A stretch of DNA of 64,000 bases from Octopus vulgaris (taxonomy: Eukaryota): positions 19,964,001 through 20,028,000 of the forward strand of contig OX597814.1 in assembly GCA_951406725.2 (NCBI GenBank). Reading direction: 5' to 3'. Position 1 is the stretch's first letter, and each line of letters begins with the position of its first letter. The notes under the pieces were generated by a model. The model made no database searches, was not told the origin of the DNA, and saw nothing but the letters and a program-made list of their open reading frames with translations. Shown in pieces: positions 12,433 through 26,626 of the stretch. A program made the translations under genes and the position numbers.

Positions 12433-13414
12433 ATATACAATCACTCAGCTTGGTGAAAACAGCAGCTAAACTTGCCTCAAATCATACCCTACCATCTTAA
12501 AAAAAAAAGAAGAAAAGAAAGAAAAGACAGTGTAAATAATGCAGAACAAGCCACTCCATTCCTGAAAGCAAGACGAGGTGATCACGGCTAGAAAGCTTTG
12601 ATCATAGGTCTTCTCAATGAAGACTGACCTGGGGCTAAACAACAACAGCGATATACATACGTATAAAAAGAACCATCAGGCTTTTACTGTTTGTTTTGTG
12701 TCTAAACGTTACGTTATAGAAGAGACAATTGGCTTCAATGTTATCTTTCAAAAAAGAGAAGAGATGGGGAGAGAGAGAGAGAAGGGGGAGGAAAAAAAAA
12801 CAGCCATTTCACGCGTCATTTCAATTCTTCAAAGTTACCATTTCTGTGGACGTTATTGCAATAAACTGTGATTATTATCAAGAATTTGATCCCTTTAAAA
12901 TTTTAACTCCGCGAAATGTGTTTTCAATGTTAAACATTGTTTATTTATTTCTCTTTTTTTTTATATATATTTTTTATGAGTGGTGGTGGTGGTGGTGGTG
13001 GTGGTGGTTGTGTAGTGGTTGGAGGGGACTTTTTTTTTTTCTTCTTTAAACAAACAACGATGAATATTGATTCCTAACATTGTCACAAGGCCAAAATATT
13101 CAGAAAGAGAGAGCGCGTGGGGTGGGCGTTACAGTCGATTGAATCGATGCAGTTCTTGACTGAAACTACTTATTTTATCGACCTTGGAGGGATGAAAGGA
13201 AAAGTCGCCTACACTTGGATTTGAACTCCGAAAGTAAAAGAATGTTACTGAAAAACCACAAAGCATTTTAACCGTTATTTTTAATGATTCTCTCATCCAC
13301 CGCAGCATTACACAAAGGATGCTTTTCCTTTTAAACTGGTATCTTTTGACCAAACACATAGTCTCTTCGCTTTTAGTTCTTTATTTATTTAGTTTTATTA
13401 TTTTAGGTTAGTGT

Positions 13415-13917
13415 GAAGGCGCAATGGTCCAGTGGTTAGGGCAGCGGACTCGCGGTGGGAGTATCGCGGTTTCGATTCTCTGAGTGAGTGTATGTGCGTG
13501 TGTGTGTGTGCGTGTGTGTGTGTGCATGCTTACATATGTGCCTACATGTGTGAACATGTACCTATATCTTTGTCTATATGTGTATATAAATCTATGCGAG
13601 AGTATGTGTGTATATGTGTGAGTGTGTGTGTCTACATATGTGTAAGTATGTATATTTATGTTTGTCTCGGTTTCGATTCGTTATGTGTGTTTATTGAGCG
13701 AAAACACCTAAAGCTCCACGAGGCTCCGGCAGGGGGTGGTAGCGACCCCTGTTACTCTTTCGCTCCAACTTTCTCTCACTCTTTCTTCCTGTTTCTTGAG
13801 TAACGCTGCGATGGACCGGCGTCCCGTTCAGCTGGGGTGAACACATACGCCACAGAAACCGGGAAACCGGGCCCATGAACCTGGCTAGGCTTGAAAAGGG
13901 CACATAAAAAAAAAAAT
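13415..13917 (+). mobile_element. SINE family C head with a family-D tail, interrupted by a ~190-bp insertion
   Basis: Head matches 6238, tail matches 6088-6192, and it ends in poly(A). The insert at 13479-13667 matches 16079-16289. Confidence 0.85.
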
Positions 13918-14082
13918 TAGTTTAGTGAGAAATGGATGATTTTGACATTCAACCAATTTCAAGAGGTAAATGTTTGTGAGTGGCTCCAATAACGAATCGA
14001 AAATGTCACGTGAACGTACTTCGACAGAACCTTGCCTTTTATTTTATATCCCACGTTACAATTCTAACAATGTATAACTCCG

Positions 14083-14410
14083 TCACTCCGTCGGTTCCGG
14101 TGACGAGGCTTCCAGTAGATCCGATCAACGGAACAACCTGCTCGCTCATGAAATTAATGTGCAAGCGGCTGAGCACTCCACAGACACGCGTCTCCTTAAT
14201 GTAGTTCTCAGGGAAATTCGGCGTGACACTGGAAAAGACAAAGCTGCCCCTTTGAATTACTGGTAGTACTCATTTTTCTAGCTGGGTGGACCAGGGCAAC
14301 GTGAAATAAAGTGTCTTGCTCAAGGACACAACGAGTCACTGGAAATCAAACTCACAGCCTAACAATTGTATGCTGAATACCCCTAGCCACTAAGCCACGC
14401 ATCTTCACCA
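14083..14410 (-). mobile_element. Diverged CORE-like SINE with tail type X
   Basis: Reverse-complement similarity to the 6430-6610 tail and the family D head/core. Confidence 0.75.
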
Positions 14411-16529
14411 AATAATATATCTGATAGTGAACGACTAAGAATTCTATATTTTTATTTTTGATAAAAACAGGGAATTCTAATGCGCGTAACCATCACAAAA
14501 ACATTAGTAGAGTAATAAATATGAATTCGCATCAACTGACAACTAAAACCAGGGAGCTTGTAGTCTTCGTTCAGTAATCGAAGACTCAAACATCCTCGTT
14601 TCAATATCATTCGTTCTTGACACTTGTTTACATAGAAAGATGTAAGAATAGTTGGTTAAAATAGTTGACTAAATTGATACTAATATATTGTGAATATGGC
14701 TCCCTTAACCGATATCATTATTCCGCCACATTTCAGTCTTCTATTCCAGCTGTGATTATTTAATCTTTTGGCAGGTATTTAAAACTACGTTAACCATTTT
14801 GTCCTTCTCTCATGACACAGTAGGATGTAATTTCAAGGGTAGTTGGATACTATTTCCGGCTGTTCAAGTAACCACGTAGAAGCGTGATAGTGAATTCTTG
14901 GATCACACAGGTACCACAAAAGCTTTCCTTGCTTTTAGGCTTAAGATCTATGTATCTTGAAAGAAAATCAGCCTTGCGCAACCTATTTCTCCCAACAAGA
15001 TTTCACCCCGCTTGTCCCGACTAGCGGTGTCAAAACTGACATTCTCTGAGATAATTATTTTCAGTAAAGTAAGCTGAGATATTTGAGGGTCAAGTTCCTT
15101 AACAAATGATAGTGCGTTGCTAGATATAGGATACGACCGCTGGTCTATCGATCAGTTGTTGATCGGTACTCGTTCCGCTTGGCATCTGCACTGTAATAAG
15201 AATATTACATTTTTAATCCTTATTTTATCGATCCTGAATTTAGTTTGCCTTTCTTCAGTTCCTTCATTACGAGAGAAAGCATGGCTTAGTGTTTAAGATA
15301 TTTGCTTCGAAACTGCAACGTTTCGGGTTCGATCTCATTGCGAAACACCTTGAGCAGGAGTCGGGTTGACCTCTCTTGTAAGTGAAATTTGGCTGTCAGA
15401 AATTCTGATCGGAAGCTGTCGGAATAAACTCTTTGAGGTTCAGTTTAATCTGTCTACTAGTTTCAATTCTGTTTACATGGCCTGTCGATGACTTTGGCAG
15501 TGCCCTGTCTGTTGCAATCACCCAGACCAACTCCCTAGTCTAAGGACAACTGTTCCCTTTCTCTCACCAGTTTCTGAAACCTAGAAAAGGTTAGGTTCAC
15601 CGGAGCTGCCCTTCTTCTTCTGACTAAACTGTTAAAAAGAAATCTCGAGCGCCTATAACAAAGTATTTGCAATTACACTAGAATTGATTAAGAAGAATAT
15701 TCCCGAGTTCGATTCTAGGATAGGGTTACACGTTCTAATTTTGAGCGGGCTGCTTCATTTCATGTTGCTCTAGCTGACAAAATGAGTCCACCGGCTACTG
15801 AGTGGTACCTTGAGGACAGTTAGCCCCAAATCTTACAAACACAAGGTATCAATGACCTTTGATGGTTGCAACACAGTGGATGGTGATATTAATGGCAGAG
15901 ATGCCTCGGATCTTGTCTATTCAGGATAATCCCAGCTTCCGTACACAGATATATTTTGATACTTGTATCTATTCACACATCCGTTTCTCCCCTCTTAATT
16001 CACCTCCCCATATAACAGCATCCCTTCTTGGTTTCGAGCCCTTTTGTCTTCTTCTTCACTACTGACTATTTCTCTTTCTCTGAGTGAGTGTATGTGCGTG
16101 TGTGCATGTGTGTGTGTGTGCGTGTGTGTGTGTATGTGTGTGTGCATGCTTACATATGTGCCTACATGTGTAAATATGTACATTTATCTTTGTCTATATG
16201 TGTATATAAATCTATGCGAGAGTATGTGTGTATATGTGTGAGTGTGTGTGTGTCTACATATGTGTAAGTATGTATATTTATGTTTGTCTATATCTGTATA
16301 TAAATGTACGCAAGTGAGAGTACGTGTGTGTATGTGTGTGTATGTGTGTGTGCGTATGTGTGAGTGTGTGTGTGTCTACATATGTGTATGTATATTTATG
16401 TTTGTCTATATCTGTATATAAATGTACGCAAGTGAGAGTACGTGTGTGCATATGTGTGTGTGCGCACGCCTACATGTGTGTGTGTATGTATACGTGTGTG
16501 GATATGTGTGTGATTGCGTATATTTTCAC

Positions 16530-16837
16530 TACTAACACAACTACCAACACCACCGCCACAACCGCCCACCAAACCACCACCACCACCACCACCACTACAA
16601 TCATCACTGCCTCTACTATCGCTCTCACCAGCACAACCACTACTACTACTACTACTATCACCACTTCTACCGCCACCACCACCACCGCCACCACCACCAT
16701 TTTTGTCTAGAGAAATGTCTTTATTCCTATTCTTTTATCGGTCACTGCCATGTTTAGTTTCCGCGACCAACACACAAACACCCATTAACGCCGATAAAAC
16801 AAACCGATTCACAAACACACTCAAGAATACACGCACG

Positions 16838-16890
<53 letters not shown>

Positions 16891-17920
16891 CAAGAAGAAA
16901 CACACTAGTGAATGCATGTATCCACATGTTCAATGTATACGCATACACACACGCACAGATACATACATACATACATACATACATACATACATACATACAT
17001 ACATACATGCGTACATACATACATACATACATACATACATACATACATACATACATACATACATACATACATACATACATGCGTACATACATACATACAT
17101 ACATACATACATACATACATACATACATACATACATACATACATACATACATACATACATACATACATACATACATACATACATACATACATACGTACAT
17201 ACATACATACATACATACATACATACATACATACATACATACATACATACATACATACATACATACATGCGTACATACATACACACACACACACATACAT
17301 ACATACATACATACATAAATACATACATATATACATACATACACACACACACACACATACATACATACATACATACATACATACATACATACATACATAC
17401 ATACATACATACATACATACATACATACATGCGTACATACATACATACATACATACATGCGTACATACATACATACATACATACATACATACATACACAG
17501 ACATGTAATCACATATCGAGAGACAAACAGACATACGCACCACACACAAACACATACACGCATAGACGTGGATGCATACATACATGCGTACATGCGTACA
17601 TACATTCATACATATATATATACATACATATATACATGCGTACATGCGTACATACATGCATACATACATGCGTACATGCGTACGTACATACATGCATACA
17701 TACATACATATATACATACATGCGTACATCCGTACATACATACATGCGTACATACATACATGCGTACATACATACATACATACATACAGACAAACATACA
17801 TACATTCATAAATGCATATATACACGTTCCTAAACAGAGATAAATACATACACACACACACACACACGCACACAGAGTCACACATTCATATATATTCAAT
17901 CAGGTAGAACCTACACGTTC

Positions 17921-17997
<77 letters not shown>
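16530..17997. repeat. Microsatellite cluster: (ACC)n, (CA)n, long (ACAT)n, (TG)n
   Basis: Directly visible. Confidence 0.95.
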
Positions 17998-18000
<3 letters not shown>

Positions 18001-18436
18001 ACAAACAGCCATATCCACAAACGCACTCGCAAATGCAAACTTACATCTACATACATAAATGTATACATACTCATTTCACGTACACATATAGTCGCATAAC
18101 TTCATACGCACCCCGTACCCTAACACACACACACAAACATACACATACATGCCTACCCATATACACATCCTCAGACGCTCCTCACACTATCTCTTTCTTT
18201 CTCTCCCTCCTTCTCTTCCCTTCCCTCCTCCTTATCTCTTCACTATAAATCCAAGTCTTTCAATTCTCTCCAAACTAAATCCATAGACACAGCATCCTTT
18301 GACCAATACAAGATCAAACTCTTATCCCAATTTTCATCGTTCTACCAGAGTTATGGTACGCTGAGGGAATTTGCTTTGTTTTTTTTTTTGTTTTTTTGAG
18401 GGGAAGGGGTTGCCAGTATTATATCGTTATATCTGA

Positions 18437-18595
18437 GGCGGTGAGCCGGCAGAATCGTTAGCACGCCGGGCAAAATGCTTGGCGGCATTATTTCGTCCAT
18501 CTTTACATCCTGACATCAGATGCCGCAAAGGTCGACTTTTTGTTTTTCTTCCATATCGGAATCGATAAAATAAGTATGAGTTGAGCACCGGGGTC
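18437..18595 (+). mobile_element. Diverged SINE family A, 5' part
   Basis: GGCGGTGAGCCGGCAGAATCGTTAGC head. Confidence 0.75.
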
Positions 18596-18597
18596 AT

Positions 18598-18768
18598 ATC
18601 TTTACTCTTTGACCGGCAGATTTAGAAAATAATTTTTTGTAACTAAACACTTTCAAACTTCGTATACTGGTAGAATGTGTCATATAAAACATCTTTTACT
18701 CTTAGCGTTTATGAGAAAAGTTTATATTTACGAAGTTATTTCGTGTTAAAGTTCTCGTGTTTCGGTAA
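18598..18768 (+). mobile_element. Isolated left-arm fragment of the telomere-repeat foldback element
   Basis: Matches 44329-44500 and 26629-26792 (ATCTTTAC..TTGTAACTAAACACTTTCAAACTTCG). Confidence 0.8.
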
Positions 18769-19424
18769 TCGAGGGTGGGGCTAAATCGCAGCATAACAAT
18801 GCAACATAAGATAACACTGTAGCATAATATATCTTTTATAATATATATTTTAATCATTTGCTTGTTTCAGTCATTAGATTGCGGTCATGCTGGAGCCTTG
18901 GGGAATCTTAGTCGAATGAATCAACCCAAGTCTTATCTTCTAAAAGCCTGCTACTTATATCGGTTTCTTTGCCGAAACGCTAGGTTACAAGAATGTAAAT
19001 ACAACACCCTTTGTCAATACGTGGTAAATGACACACACACTCCCAAGCAAACACATATACATGCACAATTTATATATATACATACATATATCACAGTTGT
19101 GATGTTGATAAAACATGTTCCTTTACTATCTTCTTATCCTCTTGGTGATTTTGAATTTAAAAAATTATACAAATGGGTCCTTCGAATTTAACTAAATTCT
19201 ATATCTTTATGCAGTTGAAGATTACTCTACATTTTAAATTGATGTAATGTTTGCATTGTTCAATTAAATGGAGTCGCATGAAACGATTGTACTGCATTAC
19301 TTCTGGATATCCTTGTTGCTTATCTTGATTGTATGTATACATATATATATATATATATTGATAAACATGGTAAGACAACAAATGAATGAAAGAGACCTCG
19401 ATATTATGTAAACAGAGGAATTTG

Positions 19425-19750
19425 TCTGTAAATGTAATATGTGACAATTATTCGGTAGTCATGATAAAACTCTGAGTTTCGGATGCCGGGGTGGAAATCC
19501 ATGCCGCTATCTCTTCAGTTATCCAGTCATCGGAAAAAAATGCTATGAAAATGACCGTTAAACAAAGGGAAATTACTGTGTGATTGGCCGTTATTAAGAC
19601 AAAAGAGCTATTGCTTAACGGTCATTTTCATAGCATTTTTTCCGATGGCCGGATAACTGAAGAGATGGCGGCGTGGCTTTCCACCCCGACATCCGAAACT
19701 CGGAGTTTTATCATGGCTACCGAATAATTGTCACATATTACATTTACAGA
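19425..19750. mobile_element. Inverted repeat (arms 19425-19561 and 19615-19750), Penelope-like terminal repeat pair
   Basis: The ~137-bp arms are reverse complements, each carries a hammerhead-like motif, and (TA)n tracts lie on both sides. Confidence 0.8.
19652..19712 (+). ncRNA. Type I hammerhead-like ribozyme variant (mirror copy 19463-19523 on minus)
   Basis: GATAA-CTGAAGA-GATG..CATC-C-GAAAC-TCGGA-GTT-TTATC: stem I GATAA/TTATC, stem II GATG/CATC, and a short near-palindromic stem III. Confidence 0.6.
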
Positions 19751-19773
19751 TATTTATATATATATAAAAGAGT

Positions 19774-19827
<54 letters not shown>

Positions 19828-19926
19828 GGATGGACAAACAGACAGACAGATACATACATAGACAGACAGACAGACAATCAGACACATACATACATACATA
19901 CATACATACATACATACATACATACA

Positions 19927-19957
<31 letters not shown>

Positions 19958-20379
19958 TCGCCTTCCTCAGTCTTCGGTGTTTTGTTGGTTTTGGAATTTT
20001 TATATTTATTTTCTCTTTTTTTTTTTTCGTCTTTCTTTCATTTTCTTTCCTGCCTTTTCTATTTTTCATCTTTTTTCTTTCTATTTTCAATTTCCTTCAT
20101 TCCTCTTTGTTCTTCTCCTTCTTTATTTTTCTTGCCTCATTGTCGTATTTCTTACCTCCGCCTTCTCCCTCTTGTTGATCCTTCTCTTTCTTCGTCATCG
20201 TGCTTCTTACTGTTCTTTTTCCTTTTTTTTTTCATTTTAGTCTTCTTATTTCTTGCCCTTCTTCTTTTCCGCTCTCCCCTTCTTCCTTCTCAGTTTCTTT
20301 TCTTCTTCTGATCCCTTTTCCACATCTACTTTTCTTCATCTTCCATATTTTCTTTTCCTCTATCTTTTTCATCCTTATC

Positions 20380-20564
20380 AGCATCAGCATCAGCATCAGC
20401 ATCCTCATCCCTACCATCGCCCCCGTCCTCATCATTCTTTATCATCGTCTTGTCTTCAACTTTTTCTTTCATTTCTTCTTTTGTCCCCAAATTTCCTTTC
20501 CTTCTGCCATCATCATCATCATCATCATGTCATCATCATCATCATCATCATCATCATTATCATT

Positions 20565-20643
<79 letters not shown>

Positions 20644-21440
20644 CCACCATCAATATATCAGATTTTCTTTCTCTTTTTTTCTTCGACATTCATTCCTTCT
20701 TTTCTTCTTCCAAGTTTTCTTTCTTCCCCTCTTTCTTCTCTTCCCCCTCCATCATCTGTCACCTTCCTCATCTGCCTCCTCTTCCTTGTATTTGTTTTTC
20801 TATTGTATTAACGTTGCTGTTGCTACTGGTGTTAATAATGTTGATGGTGATGATGATGATGGTGCTGGTAGTGGTGGTGCCGCTGAAGGTGGCGCTGCTG
20901 CTAATGCTGGCGGCGGTAACGGCGGTGGTAATAACAATGGTGGCGATAATTACGATGGTGGTAGTGGTGATGGTAGTGGTGATAATAGTTGTGGTGGTGG
21001 CGGTGGTGGTCTTCGTCGTCGTGATGGTGGTGATGGTGATGGTGGTGGTGATGGAGATGGTGATGGTGGTGGTGGTGATGGTGGTGGTGGTGGTGGAGAT
21101 GGTGATGTGGTGGTGGTGGTGGTGGTGGTGGTGGTGGTGGTGGAATGGTAGCTGTATGGTGATAGGGAAGGCGATGATGATGATGATGATGACGATTACG
21201 ACAACCACGATGATGATGATGATGATGATTACGACAACGACAACCACGACCACCACAATGATGAGGAGGAGGACGACGACGATGATGACGATGATGACTG
21301 TGATGATGGTGGTCGTGATAATGACGACGATGATGATTATGATAATGATGATGAGGATAATGATGATGATGATGATGATGATGCTCGTGACGATGATGTT
21401 TGTGATGTCGACGACGACGGTGATGGCGATGGTGATGTTC
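20380..21440. repeat. Trinucleotide low-complexity tracts (CAT)n, (TGG)n, (TGA)n
   Basis: Directly visible. Confidence 0.95.
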
Positions 21441-22846
21441 AACGGATTCGCTCGGCCGCTATCTATGGTTCTTTTATGTGTGAAGCTGAAGCCGTGTTAT
21501 AGAGATCAAAGGCCTAAGGTCGAATACAGAGTGTATAGAGGAAGGAATATATAATTAGATAGGATAAGATGGGAGAACTGTTTAAGAACGGAACTGTTTG
21601 TGTTTCTGTGCGTGTCTCCACGTCTATGAGATTGTATGTATGTGTATGTATGTGAGAAAATGTGTGCGTGTAAGTGTCTCTATACGTCTGTACATTAAAA
21701 GGTCTGAGCTTGTATCTATGTGTAAGTCGATGTAAATGTGTGCGAATGCGTATATAAGCGTGTATATATATTTATGTTGGTCTTTATGTGGATATATATG
21801 TGAGTGTGGATATATATGTGTGCATGAGTGTGTTTATGTGTGTGTATATTTACGTTTGTATGTATGTATGTATGTATGTATGTATGTATGTATAAATGTA
21901 TATAAGTTTGTGGAGGTGTGTGTGCATGCGAATGCGTGCGTGCATGCGAATGCGTGCGTGCATGCGAATGCGTGCGTGCGTGCGTGTGTGTGTCTACATG
22001 TATGTAAGCGTGTATGTATATATGCGTTTATCGATACGTGTATATAAATGTATGCAAATGTATGAGAGAACACGTGTGCGTGTGAGTGTGTGTGTAAAAA
22101 TTTAAGTGTGTATGAGAATGTGTGTATGCGTGTGTAACTGTGTTTTGAACGTATGTTTGCCTTGTGTGTGTTTCTGTGTATGTAAACATATGTGAAAAAT
22201 GTGTGCGTATGTGAATATAGGAACACGTGTGTGCCTGAATGTTTTTATATGAAATATTGAATGTGTGTGTGTGCGTGTGTATGTGTGACCGTATTACTTT
22301 ATGTATTTGTAAATAAATCTATAAATGTATGTATGTATGTATGTATGTATGTATGTATGTATGTATGTATGTATGTATGTATGTATGTATGTATGTATGT
22401 GTGTTTCTGTATCATTGGTTGTACTTATGTATGGTTGCGTTTATTCATTTGCCTGTTGTTTGTGTGGGCGGTGTGTGAGCATATATCTGTGCATACACGT
22501 GTGTGCTTACGTCAGCGTGCATATGTGGGTTTGTGCGGATGCATTCGTGCGTATATATGTTTGTGTTTATGCTTGTCTGTTTGTGCGTTTGTATTTGCGG
22601 GTATTGTTAGCTCGTGGATGTACGTACACGTGTACGTATATGTCTGCATGCCTGTATGTAACTGTGACTGTCTGTGCGCCTCTGTACCTCCTCTCTGTAT
22701 GTACGGATGCACGTTTGTGTTGGTGTGTGTATGTGTGTGCTTGTATGTGTGCGTGTGCGTGAGTGTGGGGATCGTTTTGTGTCTGTATCATTCTATGATC
22801 ATGTCGGAGTCCGGGTAACTTTGCCAGTATGTGTGACACTATGGAT

Positions 22847-22850
<4 letters not shown>

Positions 22851-22884
<34 letters not shown>

Positions 22885-23273
22885 GTATACATATATATCT
22901 ATCGATATATCCATACATATATATAATGATATATACATATATCTATATACATATATATATATACAATATACATATACACACATATATACATATACATATA
23001 CATATATATACACACACATATACAAATATATATACATATATATATGCACATATATATATGCATATGTATATACATATATATATATATATATATATACGTG
23101 TATATTTATACATATATATATACATACATATATATACACACATATATATAAATATATATAAATATATATATATATATACAAATATATATATATATATACA
23201 TACATATTTATACACACATATATACATATATACATATACATATATACGTGTATATATACATATACATATATAT

Positions 23274-23322
<49 letters not shown>
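22851..23322. repeat. Degenerate (TA)n/(TACA)n microsatellite
   Basis: Directly visible. Confidence 0.95.
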
Positions 23323-23324
<2 letters not shown>

Positions 23325-23756
23325 TGACATGGTATATACGAGTACATCTAAATCTGTGTATGTGTATGACAATGCGTGTGTGTGTGTGTGTATGTTCGTC
23401 TGTCAATATGAGCGTGTGCGCGTGCGGTAGTGTCTGTGAGTGAGGTAGTTGACTGTCTGACTGGCTGGCTGGCTATTTGTTCGGTCGGCTCTGACTTTGG
23501 TCCGTTTGATCGGCGTCCTATCTGACAGCCTGTGTGTGCGTCTGTCATCTCTCAATCTTGGCTTGCGATTTGAACATGTTTTTATCAGTCGATAAAGACC
23601 GGCACACATTGAAGATATTCAATATCTGAATGTGTGCCTGCCGCTGCTGTAATGTATTCGATATAATAATAACCTACTGGAAAGCAAAGAAAATCAGATC
23701 TGTGTACAATAGAAAGAACGAAACGAAGCTCAGTTAGAAACGGTGATGCCGATGAA

Positions 23757-23837
23757 GGTGGTGGTGGCGCTGGTGGTGGTGGTGGTGGTGGTGGGTGGTG
23801 GTGGTGGTGGTGGTGGTGCTGGTGCTGGTGCTGGTGC

Positions 23838-23868
<31 letters not shown>

Positions 23869-24128
23869 GCTGGTGCTGGTGCTGGTGGTGCTGGTGGTGG
23901 TGGTGGTGCTGGTGGTGCTGGTGGTGCTGGTGGTGCTGGTGGTGGTGGTGCTGGTGGTGCTGGTGCTGGTGGTGCTGGTGGTGCTGGTGGTGCTGGTGGT
24001 GGTGGTGCTGGTGGTGCTGGTGGTGCTGGTGGTGCTGGTGGTGCTGGTGGTGCTGGAGCTGGTGCTGGTGGTGCTGGTGCTGGTGGTGCTGGTGGTGCTG
24101 GTGCTGGTGCTGGTGCTGGTGCTGGTGT
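23757..24128. repeat. (GGT/GCT)n trinucleotide repeat
   Basis: Directly visible; pure GGT and GCT triplets. Confidence 0.95.
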
Positions 24129-24324
24129 ACTGAATGACGGGTGAGTGTGTGTGTGTGTATAAAGTTCTTAATGAATTAGAATTTGCCACTTACTTGGAGA
24201 ATGAATGCAAAACCTTAAGGTTAATTATTAGTGACATTCAAAGAGGGGAAAAATGGGAGAGAATTTCATGAAATTAAATTTGTAATATACACGTGTGGCT
24301 GTGTGTGTGTGTGTGTGTTTGTGA

Positions 24325-24707
<383 letters not shown>

Positions 24708-24856
24708 AATAGATGCACTCACACACATACACACATACACAGACACACTCGCACACTTTGGTGTAGCATAGCTGAGGTCACAGGGATGATTGCCGTGAGC
24801 ACAAAATTTTTAGAAGTGCAACATTTCAAAAGAAAAGAAAATAATGAATGAATGAA

Positions 24857-24891
<35 letters not shown>

Positions 24892-25374
24892 AATAGTCTC
24901 CTTCCCCCTCGATACTTGCCTTGCACCGGCCTGGCAACCCACACCACATCAGTGTACACACATACACACACACACACACACACATAGATTATAAGAGATT
25001 TAGAAATCCGAGCGGTTTCGTCAGTCATCACACACCTACAGACATCCCAAAAACCACACGCGTCACCAAACCAACACACACACACACACACACACACCTC
25101 TTTATGCGATTTCTATCACTGATACCCTCCTAAATGTGCACACATCATCCTTCCCCGTCCCTTCCTAATTCATCCCACAGAACCACATTCCCCCCAGGCC
25201 CATAACACTTTCGCTTATTATTTATTTATTTATTCGCCATATTTTCTTATTCATTCTCCTCTTTTATTCATTCTTGTCTATTCTTCCTTCTGATGAAGGA
25301 CTTGCCTCCGAAACATCAAAACTCTTTTGATTGAGCGTTAAACTTTCAAAGCCTTTTTGAATGGGGCCAGTCAT

Positions 25375-26620
25375 ACTACGTCATGAAAGAATGGCCCAGC
25401 TCATTCTTGTGTTGCACCAAACTATAATGCCTGGTAAATAAACATGATGTTCTGCCCTAATATGTGGCTTTTCAGGTCCCTAGCAGCAGTGGCGGCTCGT
25501 GGATAGGCACTACGGAACTTCAGCACCCCCTATTTGCACTCAATATTATCGATAACATTCAATATAATGCGTCCTTTTTTTCTTTAATTCTTTCTTTATA
25601 CTTGTACATTTTATAATCCTTAAACTTAATATCAGTTTATGAAAAAAATACAAAAATCCTTGTATAAAACTGTGCGCTTCACAATTCCAGTGACGCGGTG
25701 TTTGGCTGATGTGCGCAAGCTCACATGTCAGAGATAGGAAGTTTTGCGCTAGGGAGAGACAGCACCGTCGTTCATGCTGTGCCAACCCTTGTGTGCTGGT
25801 GCAAAGTAGTGTTTATTTTGACTCCGCGTGTGATGTGCTTAAAAACGGGTTTAAAATGCTTGAATGTGATAAAGTATAGAATTAGATTATTATCTTGCTT
25901 CCAGCTTCAGTGTTGCTACCAGGATTTGAAAAGTAGGGCACAATTCCCCCACCTTATTTTGTAATTTAGGGGGGATTTTTGAAAAACAAGAGGTATTCGC
26001 GGCGGTGTTTAGTGAACAAATTAAGCACACTACCCGGCAATGGCTAAAATGCGAACCGATCAACTTTATAATGTATAAATATTCTTTTTATATGTTTGTT
26101 TCCTTTTACACAATATCAAAACAACGGCTAAAAATTTTCTGAAGCAATACCCCAACAAATTTTATCTACGAGCCGCCACTGCCAAGCAGATACATTTGTG
26201 GTGGTTAATTGAATAATTCGCTTTAAATGTAGTCTCGTCACTCCAAACAATCTTTGTTGGAAAGTGTGTATTATCTACAGATCTTGCCTCACAGAACTTC
26301 ATTCACTATTCCGTCCGAATAATCTTTATTGAAAACATGAACTATTCTTGGAATATAACTTTTTCAATGGCAGCGTTTCAAAATGTGATAGATGCCTGAG
26401 TTTCCAACCAAACGAGACGCTTGGGTGCAAATTGTTTTGAACGCTGAAAATACATTTCTAATACGCTTTCTTGCTTTATGGAGCTCGTTGACGTTCACAG
26501 TCTTCCGGAACGTTTCATGTAGAAATTCCGGACAGGTCCTTCTCCTTGAAACCTTTTTTTTATAATTAAAGCAATGGTAAATCGCGTAGGTGAATGTTTT
26601 GAAAGTCGCATTTCAACAGC
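25375..26620 (-). pseudogene. Decayed Tc1/mariner-superfamily transposase, split by a hAT MITE
   Basis: Manual minus-strand translation, with stops and frameshifts: [57 protein letters not shown] [MITE] [26 protein letters not shown] holds the first catalytic Asp. Confidence 0.8.
25487..26181. mobile_element. hAT-type MITE
   Basis: TIRs CAGTGGCGGCTCGT / ACGAGCCGCCACTG; 8-bp TSD CCTAGCAG (25479-25486) / CCAAGCAG (26182-26189). Confidence 0.9.
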
Positions 26621-26626
26621 GGTTTT

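Noticed and set aside
16514-17899. Long YIHT/MYVC ORFs (also at 8-9, 22-24, 37, 54 and 61 kb)
   Set aside because: (ACAT)n and (TA)n repeats lack stop codons in several frames; they are not genes.
20200-21554. Long ORFs (203-433 aa) with poly-His/Ile/Met/Val runs
   Set aside because: These are translations of (CAT)n, (TGG)n and (TGA)n tracts.
23743-24144. Gly/Ala-rich ORF resembling a silk- or shell-type structural protein
   Set aside because: It is pure GGT/GCT triplets with no codon variation and open in several frames, with no unique domain: a microsatellite.
25286-25322. Hammerhead-like CTGATGA-AGGA..TCC-GAAAC-ATC
   Set aside because: Stems I and III do not pair convincingly; it is treated as a decayed relic.
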